Shown here: one piece after another, positions 38,395 through 51,295 of the stretch
Layout: each line of letters opens with the position of its first letter
Position numbering within the stretch: position 1 is the stretch's first letter
DNA from: Mytilus californianus
Lineage: Eukaryota
DNA length: 64,000 nucleotides
Assembly: GCF_021869535.1 (NCBI RefSeq)
Contig: NW_026262745.1
Location: forward strand, 86,738,001-86,802,000
Reading direction: 5' to 3'
The notes under the pieces: model-generated
What the model was told of the DNA's origin: nothing
The model's input: only the letters and a program-made list of their open reading frames with translations
Database searches by the model: none
Made by a program: the position numbers and the translations under genes

Positions 38395-38508
38395 CATGAG
38401 GGCTTTAATTTGTACTGATTTTACCACGGGTTGGCTCTTTATGCTAAATATTTTATCACGAGCGATGGCAAATCCGTGGTAAAGTCAGTATAAATTCAAG
38501 CCTCCATG
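38395..38508. repeat. Fold-back palindrome, ~115 bp
   Basis: gctttaatttgtactgattttaccacgggtt pairs with aatccgtggtaaagtcagtataaattcaagc. Confidence 0.75.
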
Positions 38509-38861
38509 TATCATTTCTATTATAAAAGGACTAATACGAAATTTTTTTGGATCGGAACGCTCTAGGTGAAGGCAAATATTTGCTGTTCATGTAATTATAC
38601 ACACTATTAATATTGACGTAAAAGACAAATGCAACGGAATAAGTGACATGCTTAAACGATTTACAATAACATATTTTCAGTTTCATATTCGTGCAATTTC
38701 CCATATAATGCTTATATTCTTACATCATCGTTCAATGACGACATTTACACCCATTCATAAAAAGCAAACGACGTGGGAGTAAGATTGGAACAGCCAAAAG
38801 AATCCATGACGTTGACGATCAGCTGACATATCAAAATATTCATATTTTTTTACTACTGTGG

Positions 38862-38966
38862 ACAATAAACTGGTGAGAGAAATTCAGCAAATGAAAGAAA
38901 AACAAAAGTTAACAGAATCAAAAATGTCATTTTTTGAATCCTAGATTAAAAGTACCACTTAGATAA
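38862..38966 (+). pseudogene. Degenerate coiled-coil exon 2 of the FREP-like gene
   Basis: Phase-1 reading DNKLVREIQQMKEKQKLTESKMSFFES*IKSTT*. The acceptor reads tgtgg instead of tgtag; donor gtaatt. Confidence 0.45.
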
Positions 38967-39203
38967 GTAATTATATTTTTTATTTATTTCCATACATACA
39001 ATTTATATTGAAGGTAGCTTGGGTGTCGAAATGCTGGACAGATATTTCTTAAATTTCTGTAAAAGACTTCTGGGTCAATCTTCTTTGAAACTTCAATACA
39101 AAAACTGGACCTTTTCCCCCCCGTTAAAATACATTTAGAATAACGAAATCACAGTTATTGAAATGGGTTATATAGGGAAAACTCCTTGCTGTTAGTAAAA
39201 ATT

Positions 39204-40224
39204 TTAATTTTTCAAAGTAGAGGTCGTTTGAATTTGAGCTTGTCTAAGTATATCTGGAGAGTTATAACTATATTTGGTATATGAATATGAGGACCATCGT
39301 TCCAAAGTTTGTATAAGATGATCTTCCAGTGGTGCTTTGTAGGCAGTAGTTGCAGCACCACTCTTGAATGAATGACCGTTATACTTTTCACTAGACAATC
39401 CTAATTTGTCTAATGTACATTTTATGTGAGAAATGAAAAAGTTTCTTGATAATGGGTCACCTTTATTAGTAATAAAAAAGGACTCAGAATGGCTAACAAT
39501 ACTCATTCTTAGTCTATAGTATTTTTGTAATACACAACAGGACATATGTCTAAAGAGTTTGAACAAAGGAATAGTAATACCATATCTAAAAGGATCAGTC
39601 TTAGATTTTTTAGGTACACAAAAATACAATCATTTGAAAGTTGAACATCACTAAGACACACATTTGATTCAGGATCATTTTTTTTTTTGTATCATAAACA
39701 GAAAATTCACCACATCTTAAAAACCCAAAAAAAGCTGTTACGCATGCAGCTTCTATTAAAACATCTGTAAAACTATCAAAAATACAATTGCGTAGTAAAA
39801 AACACATTCTGTGAAAAATATCAAAAATTATAGGTAAACGAATTCTCTTAGGCATAATGGCATGCTTCTTTTTCAAACCTACTAATACTGATTTTAAATT
39901 TGGTAATGGTTTAACAACAAAGTTCTCTAATGGATTAAAACCCCCTTTTAGTAAGTAAAAGAAACGTATACCACATAAGTAGGATTTTATGGTGGACTAT
40001 CTCAGATGTTTATGATTTTCACAAAAGCTATAAAACGCATCAACAAATTCTCGGAAAAAAGTTGGTAACTGGAAAATTGAACAAATTGATCCTTGTAGTT
40101 GTAAAAACTTAAGATAATGTTCATATCCCACGCTGTACAAAGCTTCAGTTGAATCTGCAACAGCTATAGCTTGTAGTAAATTTTCTACTGCGAGGTCCAA
40201 AAAATCTCTTTCAGGTTTAGACAA
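39204..40224 (-). pseudogene. Tyrosine recombinase (YR) of the DIRS/Ngaro element
   Basis: AFFGFLRCGEF, SKTDPFRYG, GHSFKSGAATT, LIQTLERWSSYSYTKY, spread over three frames. Confidence 0.9.
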
Positions 40225-40252
40225 GAAGTTGGTGCTTTCTCTTCATCTGGTG

Positions 40253-40955
40253 CTAATTGATGAAATTTGTTAATCTGTAAACGAGATAAAGAGTCGCCAT
40301 GTTTATTTTTTTTCCAGGCACATTTTTGCTGTAAATTGCAAAGTTAAATTTTACTGCACACATAACAAGACGTCTCATCAGTTTCATGATTATAGGATCT
40401 TTCGAACGACCTTTTGTTAGAATAATGACAGTCGCTAGATTGTCACAGTGAAACAAAATACGCTTTTTAGACCGTTCTTTCCCCATAGAACAGCTGACAC
40501 CACGATAGGATATATAACTCCAAAAAAATAATAGATAGAGTTGCATCTGAAATAGTTGGACCAAGTGTAAAAAAAAACCATTTCCATCGATAAAACCTCC
40601 AAAACCAATGGCAGATGAAGCATCCGTCAATAAATGCATGTCTGCTGCAGAGGTTAAATGAGATTCATAGAACATGGTACTTCCATTCCACGTAGACAGA
40701 AATTGTAGCCACATTGTCAAATCTGATTTGCACTCTTTTTTTAAATTAACATAGTGGTGACTCTCTTTGAGAAAAGACATCAGTTTATAAAAGTAAGTAA
40801 CAAAGGCCCTTCCTGGCAGAATTACTCTTGTAGCAAAGTTAAGATGTCCGAGTAATTGTTCAAGTTCTCTACGATTGCAAGATTTTTTTATCTAAAACAA
40901 AACACATGAATTGTGTGATTCTGTTTACTTTGTCTAAAGGAAGTCTTGCCTGCAT
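40253..40955 (-). pseudogene. RT C-terminus and RNase H of the DIRS/Ngaro element
   Basis: MQARLPLDKV...ELEQLLGHLNFATRVILPGRAF...LTDASSAIGFGG...ILFHCDNLATV. Confidence 0.9.
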
Positions 40956-40962
40956 ATAAATA

Positions 40963-43900
40963 CTCATTCTCTGTAACCACTTAAACTTTTTCGGCACACA
41001 TAGTCACTGATCTTTCTGAAAATTGGCTGATATGTAGATCCTATTAGCCTAGTCAGAAAAATAATTCCAACCGATATATATATTGGTTGGTTACCATGGT
41101 AACAGCGGAGAAAGTTGGGATTTTTGAGAAAAATACAATATGTGTTGTAGTGTTGTGAAATTATGCGGCTACATCTATTAAAAAGAAACACAAAAACTAT
41201 TAATTTCAGTCTTGTTTTTATCAAAAATCCAAAAAAGTTATGGGGAATCTACCTAGAAACATGTGAAATTAATTTCAAAAAAATGATCATTGTGTAATAT
41301 TCCTCACAATACGAATTATCTCCCTTTGGTGGGTTACACCAATGACTGGACCAAAAGGAAAATGCTAATAAATTTTTTATTTCTCAAAGGATTTATGTCA
41401 AATTTGAATTGTTATAAATTAAGACCAATTAATACAAAAATATAAGAAAAATATAGAAAACCTTTTTAAATCTTCATCAAACGTGACCTGACCAACGCTG
41501 ACAATAACAGACCCGAATCAAAATGCTAATAACTTTTTTAATTTCTTAAAGGATTTATGTTAAATGAAAAAATATAGAAAAAAATCCGAAAAGGTGACCT
41601 TTCTGGCGTTGACAATGACCTGACCAACAACAGCAATGACCTAACCGATGAAAATATCTGTGTTATTTTATATAATAAAAAAAAAACTTAGGAAAAATAT
41701 ATGTTTAGGGGTTAAAAACTTGACCTGACCAACGTTGACTGTGTCCTGATCGTTGTACTACCTAATACTTATTTATATCTTATAGGATTTGCTTTAAATT
41801 TATAAAAAAAAACAACATTGAGATTGAATGGTAAAGTCTTTATCAAATGATAAAAAAAACAAGGGAAAAACAGTTTAGGGTACTATGACGAGCACCGGAT
41901 TATTTAAACTTTTTATGGTATTGAGTAGTATATTGTATTTAAATGTGTTGTAAATTATGTTGTATGTTACCGGTTATAATTTGACACGTTTGATCACAAA
42001 TATAAAGTAACACAAAAAAGGTGTGCAGTAGGCCATGAATACATGTAAGTTGATAAATCCAATAAAGTTTGTTTTTTTGATATTTTGATATTAAATAATT
42101 ATTTCCACATACTACTTAAGGCATGCCCGAGCCTTGTTCATGAAATCTTGGTAGTTTTAAATAATTTCATAAAAAACAAATAAACATTTTGCGGACAACT
42201 TGAGGTATACCCGAGCCCCTGCATGCACGATATCTTGGTAGGTTAATATATTTTCATAAAATATAAGTAAACATATTCGCGGACTTAACTTGAGGTATGC
42301 CAGAGCCTTGTCTTAGTTTTAAATGTTCCTGAAAGTCAATACATTTATAGTTTGCTAATATGTTTGAAAAGCATTTTATATTTTCTTATTTGATAAAATT
42401 AATGATTTGATCTAAGTGTTTCAATAAATTTGATGCAAAGCCTATTACATATAAATAGGTATAAGGTCATTTTTCCTGTTCATGATAACGGTCAGAATGT
42501 AGGACAGAAAGTCACAGACAAAAAAAGTCACATGTATAATATGTTATAAACATTGAGTCCTGTTTCAAAATAAAATTTTATTTTTTTAAATTTTTTGTTA
42601 AAAGAAAGACAATATACTTATTTTAAGAAACATCTTTCTGTAATGGGCTTTCAGTGAAAATCAAATTATATGTACATGTATATATTTCTTTAAAAGTTTC
42701 CCTATGTAAAGAGTTATCATATTGTCAATATTTTTTAATTTGCTGCTAAAAATACATAAAGATTATTGTTATTTTCTTAAATTTCAATAATCCAATGCCT
42801 ATTACTAATGTTAAGATAGTGCTACCATAGGCGGATCCAGGGGGCACTGAGGGCCGGCCCCCTCTTTTCATTAGAAACATTTGTTTGATTACATATGGAC
42901 TTACTGAAGCATGAATGTAGCGGGCCATCTCTTAAGGCAGTCAGTGGGGTCCCTTATATGAAAATTGTCTAGATGGTATATTTCCCCCTCGCTGCTCGTT
43001 GTAAGACCAACAGCCACCCGCTGAGAGATTTTCAGCGGGTCCTTGTAGGGAAACCGAACTTTTTCGAAAATCTCGAAAATTCCTCCCCGGACAGAACGGA
43101 AAACAAGAAATGAGTCGGATGGATAGCAGGGACCATCGGGTCGTGGCCGACCGTACCCGCCCTTGCTGGTTACGCCCTTTGTTTGCTAAAGAACCCTTGT
43201 GTTAATTCTTTTAGGGGCTCCCTAGTTGACCTATCGAAATTTCTGTCCTTGTCCAATGAATCCCGATTTCCAGTGATCTTTCAAATTGTCCGCCTTCATC
43301 CCAGCCTACCCCTATTGCAGGACCTTTTTGAAATTGTGTATTTTTTTCACCTTCACCTCAGAAATAATCTTCATGTAGATACTCATCATCCAATAATATA
43401 ATATTATTCAAAATGTATAGCTATACATGCTTTGCCATTTCAACATTGATTTTAAGAATGAATAATAAAAATAAACAGCTCATAATATAGGTATTTTTTC
43501 CCTTAAAGAAACAAAGGTTAGATGGTCAATTATCATTAATTTAGAGGATCAACGTCTGACTTTTTTTGTTCTATTTTTTTATTGTGTTGAATTATATCAA
43601 ATTATTACCTTTAATTAATTTTGGGTCAGTAGACTAGCACAGGACCTACAATGTTCCTATTAAATTCATTGATTTTGTTCTCTTCTGAAATATGCATGAG
43701 ATGTTTGACATTGGACATAAAGCAAACCACAACTTATCGATCATTTCTTTTTTACAAAATCTTAACCCCCCAACGATATTGATTATTTTCATTTGTGATA
43801 AGTATTTATTTCTGTGCCTCACACAAACAATTTTAAGCTTGGCCTTTCTTGAAATTTATGCATATAATTTGTTGTTTCTATGGCAACACTATCACTAATA

Positions 43901-45138
43901 ATGCCTGGAATATTAATATTTCTCACAAATACAAGAAAACCTGCATTATGTAAGCAAAATTGTATACATTCATTGCTATATGTATCGAAGTTCATTAAAT
44001 CGAATTTGTAAAAATTAGCACTTATCAGTATTTTTGCTAATGGACTGCTTGTTTCCATGGCAACACATTCAATGGCAAATATTGCACAAATAAATATATA
44101 ATTTTTCAAATGATTTTATTTGTTTTTTCTAGATTGAGTAATTGTTTTTCTTGTATATTTTTCATAATCATGAAAACAGTCTTAAATTTCCTCATAATCA
44201 GCACTTTTATCCAGATAAGAGAAATTGTGTTTGTTTCCTTCAAGTGGTAACACCATTATCGATATACTATACTACCAAAATTATTTAAATATACACATGT
44301 GTGTATACAGTGAAACTTAATAAGTGTTTTAGTTTTCCTACTTTTGTGCACATTTAAGAAACTAACTGAAACTTTTTCAAAATTGTTTTAAATTTGTTTA
44401 TCATCATGAAATTGTTTCCATAGCAACACAGTTAAAACTATAATACCGTTATGTATGAATATGTTTAAAATTTTGATGATTACAATAAATTCTACATATT
44501 GTATATTTGTTTATTTTTTTTCTGACTGCAGAATTAGGTTTTAAAATATTTTTTTCAAAATTTTTCAAATTTTTTTTTCTGAAAAAATGAAAACTAAGCA
44601 TTTTGTATCCATGGTAACAAAACAATGAGACATAATTCCCCATTACTTTTTCGCATCATTGATAAAATAAGACTATGGTATTTATGAATTAATGGTTGAC
44701 TTTAACTCAGGTGTCCGCAAAAAATTATGGTGAGCATTCAAAAATGACCTCAAAAAGGGTATTTTTTATCTAATGCAAACCACATAAAAAGGGGGGTATA
44801 TGTGATTATGATTGAAAATTAATATGCAAATATCAGTTATTAAATTACATTAATAAAATGCATATATTTGATAAAATCATAAAAAAATATTCTTTCTCTT
44901 AATTTTATATTATGAAAAATTATGTCGAAAATAGCCTTTTTCAGCTTAAAATCATAGATATCCAGATGAGGTAAAACTGGTCATCGGTTGCTATGGCAAC
45001 CAATATGCTTAGCAACCAAATTTTTGCCATTTTTTGTTTGTTTCATCAAGACTAGTAAGTGTGAGAAGTGTGAAGAAAATCCATGACCATGCGTGCCGCA
45101 CTCCCTATGTAAGAGTTTAAATAGTTACAGAGAACCAG
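40963..45138. mobile_element. 4176-bp non-autonomous TIR DNA transposon with a TA TSD, inserted in the RT
   Basis: Ends CTCATTCTCTGTAACCA / CTGGTTCTCTGTAACTA(rc), with imperfect inverted similarity for about 60 bp. TA at 40961-62 and 45139-40. Excision restores the frame LDTINIYMQARLP. Confidence 0.85.
43195..43345 (+). mobile_element. Diverged relative of the 3' half of the 25508-25900 SINE-like repeat
   Basis: Shared ordered motifs aagaacccttg, ggggctcc/ggggtcc, aaatttctgtcct, ccttcatccc, ctatt(g/a)caggacct. Confidence 0.55.
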
Positions 45139-45140
45139 TA

Positions 45141-45960
45141 TTAATCGTGTCCAAAATACTGCCTAGGTATTCAAGTTCGCAAACTGGTCCCATAGTCTTT
45201 TTACACGACAACGGAATATTAAGTTTGTTGAAAATTAGGCTTAACAAAGCCATTGTTCTTTCTCCACAATCAGAAGGTTTGTCTATTGTTAAAAAGTCAT
45301 CTAATAGATGGAAAATAACTCTAATATTATAATTGTAAAGAGCTATCCAGCACACACTAGTAAATAAAGAGTCAAACAGACGGGGACTAGAACGACACCC
45401 AAGGGGTAAACGAACATATAAGAGTACTGACCGTTCCACTTAACACAAAAAGATGGTACTGCTCTTTTTAAATCGATAGTCGTTTGAACGCATTTGAGAT
45501 ATCCACTTTACAGCATAGGGACTTTGAACCATATCTCTTAATCACATTAATAGCATCATCAATTTCAATGCATGTCAAGGAACATATGTCTTTATCTACC
45601 AAATCATTAACACTGTAGTGCTCATCTAAATTATATGATGATAGATCAATTATAAGCCTTTGTTTTTTTAATACTTGTGTGTTGCAATACCCAATGGACT
45701 TACTCTTTAACTTTTAAAAGGGGGTTGGACCCTTTAGAAAACCTTTATCAACCTATTGCTGTAATAAATTTGTGACTACTTCAGGATTTTTCCTGGCAGT
45801 TAAAGAATTTATACATTCAAAAATTAGATAAATTAACATCTGAAACTAACATTTCGAATCCATAACAAAGACTGTTACATAAAAAGTTCAAAAAATGCTA
45901 TCTGGATGATTTAAAAGTTCCATTTCTAGTTGGTCACTGCTAACAGGTGTTGATGGAACG
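45141..45960 (-). pseudogene. Reverse transcriptase of the DIRS/Ngaro element
   Basis: RVSPLGIA, RLIIDLS, KVDISNAFK, RLPLGCRSSPRLF, IFHLLDDFL. Confidence 0.9.
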
Positions 45961-46049
45961 TCTTTTGTATCAATAAAATCTGGTCAAATTTGATTTAGTG
46001 TTGAGCTGTCTAGTAGCGAATGATTTGTTATGTTCCTGTTGCTGAGTTC

Positions 46050-47420
46050 CTGACATAGTTTTATTTGTGGAACATTCAAACTTTCCATGGTTTTTCTTGC
46101 AGATTTTACTCACATGGGCGTAACGACAGTAAGGCTTAACACAACCTTTTGGTTAATTAAAATTATTGCAAATTTGCATTCCATCGTGAACAACAATATC
46201 TCTGTCATATTTGTCTTGATAAGGAGCTTGATTTTTAGAATTCTGATATCCCCTGCTATTTAAACACATAGATGATTTGTGAAGTGTTGAGGAACAAAAA
46301 ATTACACATATTAACTGTTGAGCCAGCACAAACCATTTGTCTTAACTCCAAATCACCCCTAGACTAGTCAATTTTAATGTTGTGTTCCGTGACATGATTG
46401 AACATTTAGCGCTAAACATTTTGTGGTATTCAAAAAATGTTGCTGGCCACACATTGACAGTTTTGATGATGTGGGATAGGTAAGAATCTAATTCTTCTGC
46501 ACTGTTTGGAAATACTTGACACATTTTTTTGTATCTTCCAAAAGCTATAATAAATTTGTCAAATAGTGAATTTCGTTTTAAGCGGTCATCGTTCTCTTTA
46601 AACGTTTGGTTATTGGGTAATTCATAGTTCGAAAGAAGGAGAATGTTTAAGTTGATGTCTTTACCTGAGATAATTTTAGTGCGAATTTCTGGAGATACCA
46701 TATCTACAACGGAAAACGCTGTGTAGGGATATCTATGTTTAGACATGTGCACTTGTTGGTTTTGCGTGGCAAAGATTTGAACTTGTCCGAAACTGTTCGG
46801 GAAATTCATCTGGTTGGGGTTAACAAATTCTCCAAACGTAGTGTTTGGAACACCAATTGCGTTTGGGTTGACGGGAAATGTTGATCCGGGGTTAAATTTC
46901 ATGGCGGAATGCAAGTTGAATTTGCTTGTCTGTTTGGGAACTCCGGCAATGACTTGTTGAAATAATTGAGTCAAGAGTATTGAGATCAGCTCTGGGCGGA
47001 AATGCGTGGTTTTGATGCGCAGAAGTACCTACTACTGGTAACGGCGTTTGCTCAGCGGTATTCATGCACGAGATAGATGCAGTCGGAATGTGGCTGAAAA
47101 GTTCAGAATTCTGCGTATTTGTAGACGAAAAAATAAATTATCTTGTTCATTTGATGCTTGGGAAGCATTCAAAGTGGTATTGTTTCTGTATTTCCACTGT
47201 CGGAACTTTCTGCACTTCTTTTTTTTGTTATCCAAGAAATTACGTTTTAATTGTTTATTTGTAAAGTTATAAAGAATATTTTAATTCCTAATTTTGCTTT
47301 CAACTCTGTTTATGTCCAATTATTGGGATTATTATGATCTAGCTCAGGACCATGTGTTCTTTTTTGATTATCCCATCCTTTTGGAAGCCATAACGAGACG
47401 AACGTTTTAACACAGATTGT
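46050..47420 (-). pseudogene. gag-like ORF of the DIRS/Ngaro element
   Basis: ORF 46342-46974 (IISGKDINLNILL, FIIAFGRYK, EYHKMFSAK), then a frameshifted CNFCSSTLHKSSMC and ICNNFNxxKGCxxxxCRYAH zinc-finger-like tail. Confidence 0.8.
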
Positions 47421-48482
47421 AATTTTATGCTCAAATTTTATAAAAACATCACTATAAGCAAAGTTATTCCGAATGATAATAAATCCTTCGTAATTTATAA
47501 AGAAACAAAGAACACATTTATAAGTCAAAAAGCTGACCAAAACAATAGAAGTTCATGTATTACTTTAGACACTTATCATACGGAAACATCGTGTGAAGTA
47601 ATGACATAGCAAAATTAGATTAGAATGGAATGTGCGTTGTGACGTCATTGACCATGTGCAAAGATAATTAACTACCCAATAGAGTGAGCTGACAAATTCA
47701 TTATAAACTCCAATTATAAAACATATAATTTTAATTGAAAGCGTTTTAAAAGTCGTATACTAGCATTTCGTTATCATTAAATCTCAGAATATTAACCAGA
47801 TTACATACACTTGAACACACCATACATTTTATGTATGGGACTGAAATATGGGAAACTTTAAAGCAATTTTCAGCTAGATTAAGAAATGAGAGTTTAACAT
47901 TAATGACATTTGATAAGATATTTTCTAGTTAAAAATGCAAGCGACTACACATTACATTTAAAAAAAAAAACTACTTTGAGGCGTTTATAAAAAATAAAAA
48001 ATATTTTCAAATTTTTTCAAATTGTAAAGTTACGGAAATTTCAATGACCTTATTATATACTTAATTATATGCTGAATTATTGTCATTGTTTAGCCTACCT
48101 TGATATCGTCTTTAAGATGTTTACATCACAAACGTTTCCTTAAAAATACAACAACAAATTGGTTTGGCTCTATTCAGTCAGTTCGTTAAGTATTGCAGTA
48201 AGTGTTACATAAAAGTATACCGAATTTAACAGAATATACACTAACACACATTTTCTCCTTTTAATCTTTCAAATCAACCAATCACCGAAAAGAAATATTT
48301 TTAACATTTTAACTTTCGATAAACTACAGAAAGCAGTAAGGATTTAGTTTTGTTCACCAGTTACAACAAAAGAATTTTCGAGATTTCATACATTGCATGA
48401 ACTCAGTTTTGAAATCTTAGTTTCAGTAAGAAAACAGTTGGCTTAACGAATGACAGTCACGATATGTGCTTTTATATTACAG

Positions 48483-48729
48483 GGAATAGTTAGGCTGTTA
48501 ATCAAAAATTTACAACTGCAGACAGAGACAACGATGCATATAGGAGAAACTGTGCAAATTTGTTTGGAGGGCCTTGGTGGTATTCCAATGAATGTGGTTA
48601 TTCAGATCTTAATGGAGAGTATATAAAAGGTGGAAGAGGTCTATCACGTAGACATGGCATTAGATGGGAACATTGAAAGGATTTGAATACTCTATGAAAA
48701 TCAGCAAAATGATGATACGGAAAACATGA
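48483..48729 (+). pseudogene. Terminal exon of a fibrinogen C-terminal domain (FReD), disabled
   Basis: [39 protein letters not shown]...GIRWEH. In-frame TAG at 48491. A 1-nt deletion at 48674-76 turns TGG into TGA; the restored frame gives WKGFEYSMKISKMMIRKT*. AATAAA at 48730. Confidence 0.9.
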
Positions 48730-51094
48730 AATAAATAAACGTTTATCATGTGTACTGGTATAAAGAATCATTTAGCTTTCAGTTTAGTTTAAACATATAT
48801 TATTTGCTAAATATCAGCAAAATGGATGAGACACAAGTAAATCATACTTATGAAGTCTTCTCCATAAAGCTTTCAGTTGCAATAGAATGGCTAAATAATT
48901 TGCCCATCTAGGCAAAACTTATATATGTGAATCTTATTGTACATGTATATCATATCAGTATTAAATATAACAACCACCCTATTTCATGCAAACACACACG
49001 ATAGAATTATATAAGTTTGTTTCTGGCAACGCTATTATTGTTGAGAGAGCCAATAAAATGGGATATTAGAAATGAGATTACAAAGTTTTGAAGGTGTATA
49101 CTTACTTCTGTCGACGAAACTATTGTAGTTTGCCCGTGTTAACATCAATTGCATAGAAAGCTGCTACTGATCAACACGAGTTTCCACTTCTTGGCATATG
49201 CAAACACGTTGCTACAATCTTTGTTTTATATCTGCAATGTGTAGTTTTTGAAGTACAAATAACTTCTTGTCTTTAGAAATTATTCTAACAGTATCAAAGC
49301 CGTTACGTAACGAGGTTTGAAACATTTCGACAAAGCTTATTGTCAAATAAAATAGTTCATCGCATAGTAATGACGATTTCCCACCTTTCCAATAAATTGA
49401 TATATCTAATTTGGTTTCAGATTATTTATTGATAATATCGTAAAATAAAACTGTAAATTAATGTTTGTTCTTACGTTTTGGATAGCTGCCCGCAGAAATA
49501 TTACATATCCTCAACAAATAATAACTATATATTCACAAAATGTTTAGTTTGCAGATGATTTTATCTAATATTTGTAATGGCTTTGCTTCTAATTTCCTCT
49601 TTTCTGTCACTCAGACTTGGACACAAATTTAAAACCAACTGTTTAGCTAGTTAACGAACAAAAGACACTAATGCATGCATTGTTAAAATATAAAGTTTAA
49701 CCAGATCATTAATTACATACGTCTTACAGCATTTGTAAGAACACACGTTGTGTTTATGCCTCGAATACGATGGTAGATTGACGACATTTCATTTTATAGT
49801 CTGTGCATTCCTAGGTTTTTTATACCTTTAAAATGTTAAGTTTCTGGTTACAGCATCAAGCTATAGTTATGCGATGTTAAAACCCGTGCTCATTATATTT
49901 AAAATTGTATACAAAAAAAAAACAACATAAAAACAATAAGGTTTTGCTCCTGATTTTATGGTTCGCTAAACAATATAATATATAACCGGGAAGACAGTGT
50001 ATCATATGTTTATATGTTTTCGTTGTGGAAGTTTACCATGAAATTTGTAACATCAACTTGAAACGTGTGCATATACTGATTTTATGTCATGGATGGATAC
50101 TTCATATCCTTTCTTTTCTATTTCATTGTAATGAGACACATTAATCATATGCAAAGTTAGGGTTTGATCCCAAATTTCACAGTAATCGAAACATATAAAA
50201 ATATTGCGAATGGTGTATTGTGTTCTATTGACACATATTGTTATTTAAGAGTAGTTAAGACTCATAAAGAATGCGACTTACCACCGATCGACTTGTCACA
50301 GAAGTGCAATCAGCGGAACAGATACTGTTTATCAATTGTGTAACACCTGAGCTTATCATAGTTTTATCTTAAATGTGTTCTAAATGCATTTTTGTTTCAT
50401 TGCTGTAGTACTCTTTTTATAGCAAAGTTTACGTGATTTGTCTGTCGGTAACTGTATTGTTTTTAAAACTGTACTATTTCTTGCCACTTTCACATTTGGC
50501 CAAATTAATATTTAGAGAATTCCCTTTAACCGACGGTTAGCAGATTTGTTGCTGCCTTTCAGTTATATAAACGACATTCACAAATGTTTAGTCCGAAATT
50601 TTTCTGATGTCTCACGATCATTTTTTACTTTTTAGAGCCGTTCGAGGTCAAAGCTCAGTACGTGTAGAAAAAAAACGGAACCTAGTTTTTTTTCACATGT
50701 ATTGTCAGGCAGAAAATCTATATACTATTCATTATCTTATTCATTTTTTGCGACAAAAATATTTTATTTATCGATCATCCCACTGTAACATAAAGGTCAG
50801 CGCCACAGCAACACATTCTCCATTTGTAGAAAGAATTGCTTTAATAATGTATCTTATAATGGAAATTATATCAAATAATAATTTTCAAGGTATGTAGCGA
50901 TGTATTCAGGATTATCCATTAAAAAGGATATGTTCGATTTTCAGCAGTTTTGGAAACACATTTTGTGAAAAAGGCAAAGGTGATTGCCATTATATCCAAC
51001 ACAATCAAAGGATAAGGAAGTAAACAACATTGTGTCTGAACCATTTTTTATACTAAAGTAAAACAAAATGTTTGTCCATTAAAACAACAATATA

Positions 51095-51295
51095 AAAGTA
51101 TAACAAAAATACCGAACTGCAAGACTAATTCAAAAAGGGAAAGTCAATAAAAACTGACAAAATCAAACGCTTTTAATCAACAGAACAAGTGAAAAACAAC
51201 TGCCATACTCCTGATTGGAACAGACATTTTCCGAAGACAATAGTTGGTTAAACCTGGATTTTAGCCAGCTAAACCTCCCACTTGTATGACAGTTA
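51095..51295 (-). mobile_element. Family D PLE 3' tail fragment
   Basis: aacaaaaataccgaact...ccatactcctgattggaacag...cttgtatgacag matches the reverse complement of 54220-54410. Confidence 0.65.

Larger units (their letters stand above)
39000..47420 (-). mobile_element. DIRS/Ngaro-type tyrosine-recombinase retrotransposon, decayed and interrupted
   Basis: Minus-strand order gag - RT - RNase H - YR, with many stops and frameshifts. No methyltransferase domain seen; terminal repeats not resolved. Confidence 0.9.
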
